DNA of 64,000 bases from Octopus vulgaris. Its lineage: Eukaryota. Positions 56,925-64,000 of the stretch are shown piece after piece. The notes under the pieces are model-generated. The model saw nothing but the letters and a program-made list of their open reading frames with translations, made no database searches and was not told where the DNA came from. A program made the translations under genes and the position numbers. Positions within the stretch are counted from its first letter, which is position 1. Each line of letters starts with the position of its first letter. Where the stretch lies: positions 38,378,001 through 38,442,000 of the forward strand of contig OX597840.1 of the NCBI GenBank assembly GCA_951406725.2. The letters run 5' to 3'.

Positions 56925-57072
56925 GATGAAGCACGGATTTTTGCCAGTGAACAGGTCGCGGATTTTAGCGACGAAAATATTTTGACAAATTAAACTTAAA
57001 TGTTGAAGTGAATCGAACGGCTTTTGTGTGTTTCTTAAATGGCTTACAAACACCTTCCAAGCTGCAATTGTT
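56925..57072 (+). mobile_element. Dispersed repeat, second copy of 53042-53250
   Basis: See 53042-53250. Confidence 0.85.
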
Positions 57073-57106
<34 letters not shown>

Positions 57107-58060
57107 TATGTGTGTATGTATATATATATATATATATATACATCTACATACATATGCATTGTTTGTGTATATACGCAGATACCTATACACACACACACAC
57201 ACATATGCATGTATGTCCGTTGTCAGATAACAAGTAAACAGAAGAACAATTGGCCTCTGTATTCAGTAGATCTTGTTGTTCATATTCCATGTGAACTATA
57301 AGATAAAGAAATTTTAGTATTTTTATGAAGCTTCTCTCCATAACATCTTGGCCAAGGACAAATTCTCGTCATATGATATAAAACAGAATGAATTAGAACA
57401 TAAAAGAAAGCGAATGCTCTATTACAGTTTTGCCTGAAATCTGCATCAAAATTTGAGACGAACACCGCATTGAATAACCTCAAAATAAACTCTAATAGAT
57501 AGCCAGTAATCCGCTTTATATTTTAAGGAACAATGACGGCATATGTTCATTTCAATAGTAATTAATTTTTTGAAAAGAATGAAGATATTTATAATTGAAA
57601 ACACTGTAGGTTTTCCTGTGAACAATTCCAAAACTGAAAGCTAATTACCAGTGTGTCTTGAGACATTCATTTTCGGAATTCAAATTCTATTAATTTTGCT
57701 CTCTTTTCTGTAGTTCTTAGGATGAAGCGTAAGTATAACCAATTTGTTCTTCTTGATATACATGTAAGTATCAACATTCTTTACTAATATATGAATAAGA
57801 GTATGTATATTTATCTATCCATCGATCTATGTGTCTATCTACATACATACGTATATATGCACAGAGAAATACATACACATACACACAGGAGTATACTCAT
57901 AAATATTAAGTAAGATAAATTTTCGTTCGGATGTATCTATATATTACATGAATAATTAGAAAAAATACATATAATAATATCATCATACACATTTATATCA
58001 TTAATCACATATACATTCGCTTTATTTATAAATTGCTATACATGTATGAGTGAATGTATG

Positions 58061-58124
<64 letters not shown>

Positions 58125-58130
58125 CATACA

Positions 58131-58226
<96 letters not shown>

Positions 58227-58235
58227 TATATTTTG

Positions 58236-58450
58236 AAGAGATACCAACTCGTTGGAAATAGCAGCCAAACCTTGACTCTAAAACCACATAAAATGTTTTA
58301 GAGTCAAGTTTTGGCTGGTATTTCCAGCGTGGCGGTATCTCTTTGATATCCCAAATTATAATTTAAATAATAATCATTAGCTTTGAAGGTTTTTATTCCC
58401 ATGCTGGCCAATTGATAAGATCTATATTTAAATTAACGATCTTATCCTTA
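58236..58450. mobile_element. (TA)n-flanked fold-back element (49-bp arms); related copy at 60625-60781
   Basis: Arms 58236-58284 and 58295-58343. Segment 58295-58450 is the reverse complement of 60625-60781. Confidence 0.8.
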
Positions 58451-58959
58451 TATATATATATATATATACATACATCTGTATATAAATATATATATATATA
58501 TATACATACATCTGTATATATAATATATATATATATATATACATATTTACATAAACATTGACATATGTGTGCGCATATATATATATTCGTTATAAGAGGA
58601 AGGATATAACATCCAGGCAGACAACGAATTTCTCTGTGTAAAGTGCAAAAACCGGTGTCATCTGATGGTGCGTTCTTTTTCTTTTTGTAATATTCCTTTA
58701 ACTCCTATTCGTTGTTGCATTTTATTTCTTGACTACTTATAGTGTTAAGTTTAATATTGATAAAAAGGAGAAGAAATAACGTTTTCTTTTTACTATAGAC
58801 GCAGGCGTGTCTGTGTGGTAAGCAACTTGCTTACCAAGCACATGGTTCCAGGGTTAGTCCCACTGTTGGTAGTTTGGGCAAGTGTCTTCTGCTATTGTTT
58901 CGGGCCGACCAAAGTCTTGTGAGTGGATTTGTTAGATGGAATCTCAAACAAGCACGTCG

Positions 58960-59058
<99 letters not shown>

Positions 59059-59150
59059 TTAGAGACAAAACCACTATTATGCAAATCAAACAAAGAAAGA
59101 CTTAATCCAATACATAAAAAAATTATATAAATTAAATGAAATTAAGTTAT

Positions 59151-59196
59151 CCACTACAATTGTTTCTTGTCACTTCTAAGGACATTCATCAGGTGG
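59151..59196 (-). ncRNA. Type I hammerhead motif (left arm of palindrome)
   Basis: Minus strand CCAC-CUGAUGA-A-UGUC-CUUAGAAGU-GACA-A-GAAA-CAAUUG-UA-GUGG. Confidence 0.65.
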
Positions 59197-59244
59197 TTTC
59201 AAGACCTTCTATTCAATTTTAAAATTGAATAGAATGTCTTGAAA

Positions 59245-59290
59245 CCACCTGATGAATGTCTTTAAAAGTGACAAGAAACAATTGTAGTGG
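59245..59290 (+). ncRNA. Type I hammerhead motif (right arm of palindrome)
   Basis: CCAC-CUGAUGA(59249-59255)-A-UGUC-UUUAAAAGU-GACA-A-GAAA(59275-59278)-CAAUUG-UA-GUGG; cleavage predicted 3' of A59286. Confidence 0.65.
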
Positions 59291-59422
59291 ATAACTACAA
59301 TAGTGGCATAATAGTGGTTTTGTCTCTAATTAATATTATATAATATTTTACTATAAAATTGGATTCAATCCTAAATCTGATTTTTCCCTGTAAATTTGGA
59401 TTTATTCCCTAATATTTATTAT

Positions 59423-59459
<37 letters not shown>

Positions 59460-59734
59460 ATGTATGTATATATCTGCATGTATATATGTATATGTATGCG
59501 TCTGCGTGGGTGTGTGTATGTGTGTGTGTCTGTTTGTCACCCCACCATTAGTTCAAAATCGATGTTGGTGTGTTTACGTGCTCGTAAGATAGCGGTTTGG
59601 CTAAAGATACCGATAGAATAAGTACTACGCTTCCAAAGAATAAGCCCTGTGGTCGATTTGTGCGACTAAAAGTGGTGCTCCAGCATGGCCGCTGTCAGAT
59701 GACTGAAACAAGTAAAATAGCAAAAGAGTAAAAG

Positions 59735-59863
59735 TATATGTTTCTTCGATTTTCTCTGTAACAACGTACACTTCATCAATGCAATCAGTGAGCGATACAT
59801 TCTGTAAAATTTCAAAATTCATCCTAGTAAACCCGTTTTTGAATTTACTGATATTATCGCCTC
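59735..59863 (-). pseudogene. Paralogue of the 13537-13802 exon, interrupted by a SINE
   Basis: Acceptor CACTTCTGTCTTCTGCTATCAG|GA (phase 1). GGDNISKFKNGF aligns ungapped with GGDTRIAVKTGF. The frame runs into the SINE tail at 59734. Confidence 0.45.
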
Positions 59864-60172
59864 CTGATAGCAGAAGACAGAAGTGGACACCAGGATAGAA
59901 ATAAAGAAAAAAACATATGAATGTATTTAAGGAACTGAACGAAATCATTTGCGTAATTCGTAACCTGAAATTGGGTAATATTGATATATTTCATTTTAAT
60001 TTAAGAATAACTATTTTTATACATGCTTAACACCATTTGCATGAACGCACGCGTATGTACACCCCCCACACATATACATATCTAAATAAGTGAATAATAA
60101 ATATATATATATATATATATATAAAAGTATGAATAAAAAATGGAGTTAACGCAGGTGTAAACAAGTATTTTT

Positions 60173-60240
60173 ACTTTCGACACATGTTTCGAAAATTCCA
60201 CTGATACTATTCAACAATGCAATCTTCTCTTCGGGAAAGT
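60173..60240 (-). ncRNA. Type I hammerhead motif with U4C substitution
   Basis: Minus strand ACUUUC-CCGAAGA-GAAGAUU...AAUUUUC-GAAA-CAUGUG-UC-GAAAGU: perfect 6-bp stem I, 7-bp stem II and a GUC triplet. Confidence 0.65.
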
Positions 60241-60624
60241 GAAAAAAACGAAACTCGTCAATAAGACATGTTAGCAAAAAATGATGGATTTGTATAGCGA
60301 TAGACAGAACGCTATTAATATTGTTTAAAAAAACGTTATATGATATAACGTCATAAGTAGCTAACAGAAAGAGTAGGGATATTAATAGTGAATGTTAAAT
60401 ATAAAGGAAATTAAAGTCTAAACTATATATAATGATAGAGACTACTTATATGCACTAAAAGTATGTTTCTGCCAATGCTTACATCTGTATGCTCGTTCTA
60501 TAACCGTGTTTACTAGAGTATTTTGCTGCCCTGGTAACTATTTATTTATTTTTCCGTGTTAATTGTTAACAAGGTAAAAATACACTCATCTATTTATATA
60601 TATAAGTATATATAAATTTATATA

Positions 60625-60781
60625 AATAAGGATAAGATCGTTATTTAAATACCGATCTTATCAGGTTGCCAGCATGAGAATAAAAACCTTCAAATGTAAT
60701 AATTATTATTAAAATTATAATTTATGGTATATAAGAGATACCACCACGCTGGAAATGGCAGCTAAGACTTGATTCTAAAAC
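60625..60781. mobile_element. Second copy of the 58295-58450 element
   Basis: Reverse-complement homology; internal GATAAGATC/GATCTTATC hairpin in both copies. Confidence 0.8.
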
Positions 60782-61658
60782 CTCATTAAACGATCATACA
60801 GCAGCTGTCGATAATATGTTGTTTTAGTACATGTCATTATGTGCAAATATCTCCTCGTCAGCGAAATTCGTGCCGATATATTTTTAACGATGTTATGTAT
60901 GATGCTACTGGGATGACCGGAATATTTGTTCACATACATTAGCCTTTCATTCAGTTAGTGGTACTCTTCGTATACATTCATGTACTTAAATCCGGACTGA
61001 CATCAAGGTAGTTAGCGTTACTATAAACATTTTCTATGGAAATAGACACCGAGACGCTTCAAGAAATTAGAAAAAAAAAATTTTTGGAACCGTTTAAGTT
61101 TGAATGTACTAAACCTTTGGAAAAGAGAACGTCTATATGTGTGTAGAAAGTCTATATGCGAAGAAGTCTATATGTGTATAGTTAAGACTATAAGTGGCCA
61201 CTAAGTTAATTGTCAGGAGTCGCTAGAATCCATAATAATGCCAAAATATTTTGCTTGGAAAATAGCAACGAATTCTATTCAGAGTTCTCTGTCTGTGAGG
61301 TTACAGGTATAAAATCGGCCTTGTTTCTCTTGCCACTCAAAAATACAGAGGACAATCGTTTGGATGAATGGAAGTCAATAGAAGACAACAATCTTTCTCA
61401 CCAATTCTTCAATAAATACAATAAAATAAGTAAACAAATGGTACTACATTGCGGGCGCGTCTGCATTTACATACCCAAATCAACCCTGCTTCATCATTTG
61501 TATTTAATTAACAAATACTAAACACAAAAAATGGCAAAGACATTTCTGAAAAGAATTGAACTAAGCTAGTAGGCAGACGCAGATAAAGTACTGAAATGGT
61601 TTCTATTTACAGCATTTTTACTGATTCCAGTACTTTTATATACAAAACGAGACAGCAT

Positions 61659-61720
<62 letters not shown>

Positions 61721-61763
61721 ATATATATTTATATATTAATGATCTATGTATATATAAATATAT

Positions 61764-61828
<65 letters not shown>

Positions 61829-64000
61829 TGAGTTTGTATGTATATATCCAATATATTCATATATACATAGACCATTAATATATTAATATATATACATACA
61901 TATATACACATAGATCATAAATATTTATATATATATATAAACATATATATACACACACATATATATAGACATCTCTCTATATATGTGCATATATATACAT
62001 ATATATACACAAACATATATATATATATACATATATATATGCATGTGTTTGTGAATACGTATACATGTGTGTAAGTATATATGTGTGTATGCGTATATGT
62101 ACGTATAATGTTTCACATTCCCAGTTATGCTACTTAACAATCAGCCTCGATGCCTCGTGAAAACAGAAAGAAAATAAATACATATTCCAAGTAGAAAAAT
62201 CAAGGAGGATATGGTTTTGCTATTCTTAAGCCATTGATAGCCTCGGGGAACAATTTTACTGTAATCACTATTTCCTCGCCAGGCCATTGTTTGTTTAAGC
62301 TCCGCGCCATCTTCGGTCCCTTCCTTCTCTCCGTTCTAATTACGGTTCAGGAGATATTGAAAAATGCTCCAAGGTCTGTGATTCAATTGGAAAACAACAC
62401 TCTCAGCTGTTGATTATGAGTGGATTCGAGGTGTAACTGTTACACAAAACGATATAATTACAATGATGTGGTTCGGTTTATTTTTTTCTAATGAAAAACC
62501 AAAAAGGGCAAATACACAGGAAATAAAGAAAAAAATACAAGGACAAATAGAAATGTTGAATGCTAGCGTGAACAAGAACAACAATTTTGGCAAGAAAAAT
62601 ACCATCAGTTTAAACTAAAACAAAAGGTAATCTAATTTCTCCAGCCAGAGGGGGAAAAAAAAAGTTTGTGTTTGTGGCTGTCTCTGTGGTTTTGTGTGGT
62701 TTTTTGTGTGAGTTTATGATTTTTTTGTCATATTTTTTTTTTCATAATTCCTGATTTGTGGAATTAAAATTTTCAAGTTTTCAAGTAGAAGAATATTTGG
62801 TTGTTTATGTTCTGAAGAATTCTAGTGAATGATTATTGTTGGGAGAATACCGCTGAAAGCAGTTTTTTTAATAATGATCACAATACAGTCCATTTCTTGC
62901 TGCTGCTGCTGCTGATGATGATGATAATGATGATGATGATGATGATAATGATAATGATGATGATGACCTTCATCATCATCCTCATCATCTTCATCGTCCG
63001 CATCCCCACGATCAGCACCAGCAATGCCACCATCCCCACGACCAACAATTCAATCACCACCTCCATCTTTAAAACCATCGAGACTACCTCCTCCCCCACA
63101 CCGCCATCACCTCATGCACCGTACCATTGTTAATTTGTGTGAATGGAGTTGATTTTTACCATCGTAGTCACCGACGACATCACCATGGCAACAGCGACTA
63201 GAATGAAAGACACTCGTCCTCGTTCACAAAAAAAATTTAGAAGAAACCTGTTCTTTCATCGGTTAGTGAAGATATGTCTGCGCGTGTGACTGTACGCGAG
63301 CGCATGCGTGTATGCTTGTGTGTATGTGTATATGTGAGTGTCTGCGAAGGGGACATGTGCATGGTGGGCTCCACACTGATTTTCTCTTCCGAATTCAATT
63401 CACATTTTGTTTCGAATTCAATTCACATTTTGTTCGTGAATCCTGGAATATACTTTAAACCGTCTGCCTGTGTTCTAGCTCAGAACCGTGTCTGCAGGTG
63501 GCTGATAGGTGAATTCATGAATAACATAGGTATTTCTGCACCCCTGACCGCTGGCCAATGACGCATCAGTGAATTTGGTAACCGAAATACGGTTTCCGTC
63601 TCCCAAATATACTCAAAAGGGTTTGGTGAGCCCGAAAATATAATAGAAAACACTTATCTAAGGTGTCAAACTGCAGGATTGAACACTGAGCCATGTGTTT
63701 GGGGAGGAACCATTTTGCCACGCAGCCTCATATCTATGTGTGGGTCTTCGTATTGCCTTCACTACTACTTCACTGCCGATGCTGGTTTGTATATGTCTAC
63801 TTAACATATCAGTTCATCGAAATAAACCGATAGAATAAGTATCGAACGCTAAACGTGAATTACCTGGAGTCGATTTGCTTCACTAGACGTTTCAAATTGG
63901 TGCCTCAGCATGGCCACAGTCCAGCGTCGGAGAGAGTTCTATTTCTTTACTACCGACAAGGGGTTAAACATAGAGGGGAGAAACAAGGACAGACAAAAGG

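Larger units (their letters stand above)
58797..59734 (+). mobile_element. SINE family A with a fold-back element nested in its internal (TA)n
   Basis: Head 58797-58960, tail about 59500-59734, insert 59048-59425. Confidence 0.8.

Noticed and set aside
58250-58305. GTTTTAGAG and GAAATAGCA words resembling the Cas9 repeat or sgRNA scaffold
   Set aside because: Short matches in the wrong order, explained by the fold-back repeat family.

Overview
This is eukaryotic, AT-rich and extremely microsatellite-dense DNA ((TA)n, (CA)n, (TAG)n, (TAA)n, (CAT)n, (GAA)n, (GATA)n). The SINE repertoire looks cephalopod, probably octopus, but that is an inference from recognising the repeats and not from a search. 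Almost all ORFs in the track are simple-repeat artefacts. The real content is: (i) many copies of at least four tRNA-headed SINE families; (ii) decayed transposon fragments (R4/Dong-like x3, HERO-like, RTE-like, Penelope-like, Tc1/mariner-like), a hAT MITE with an 8-bp TSD and a possible non-autonomous Helitron; (iii) an unusual concentration of hammerhead-ribozyme (HHR) motifs in small (TA)n-flanked elements, including a 354-nt retrozyme-like unit with terminal direct repeats (42796-43183), a fold-back element with one HHR on each strand (59145-59296), and what looks like a non-circularly permuted HHR core in the 3' UTR of a HERO-like retrotransposon (44215-44320); (iv) a set of minus-strand, acceptor-flanked exon-like segments (13537-13802 intact; 4824-5028, 19353-19558 and 59735-59863 damaged) that appear to be diverged paralogues of an unrecognised small gene family. 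No complete gene, rRNA, genuine tRNA gene or CRISPR array is supported. All structures and alignments were read by eye.
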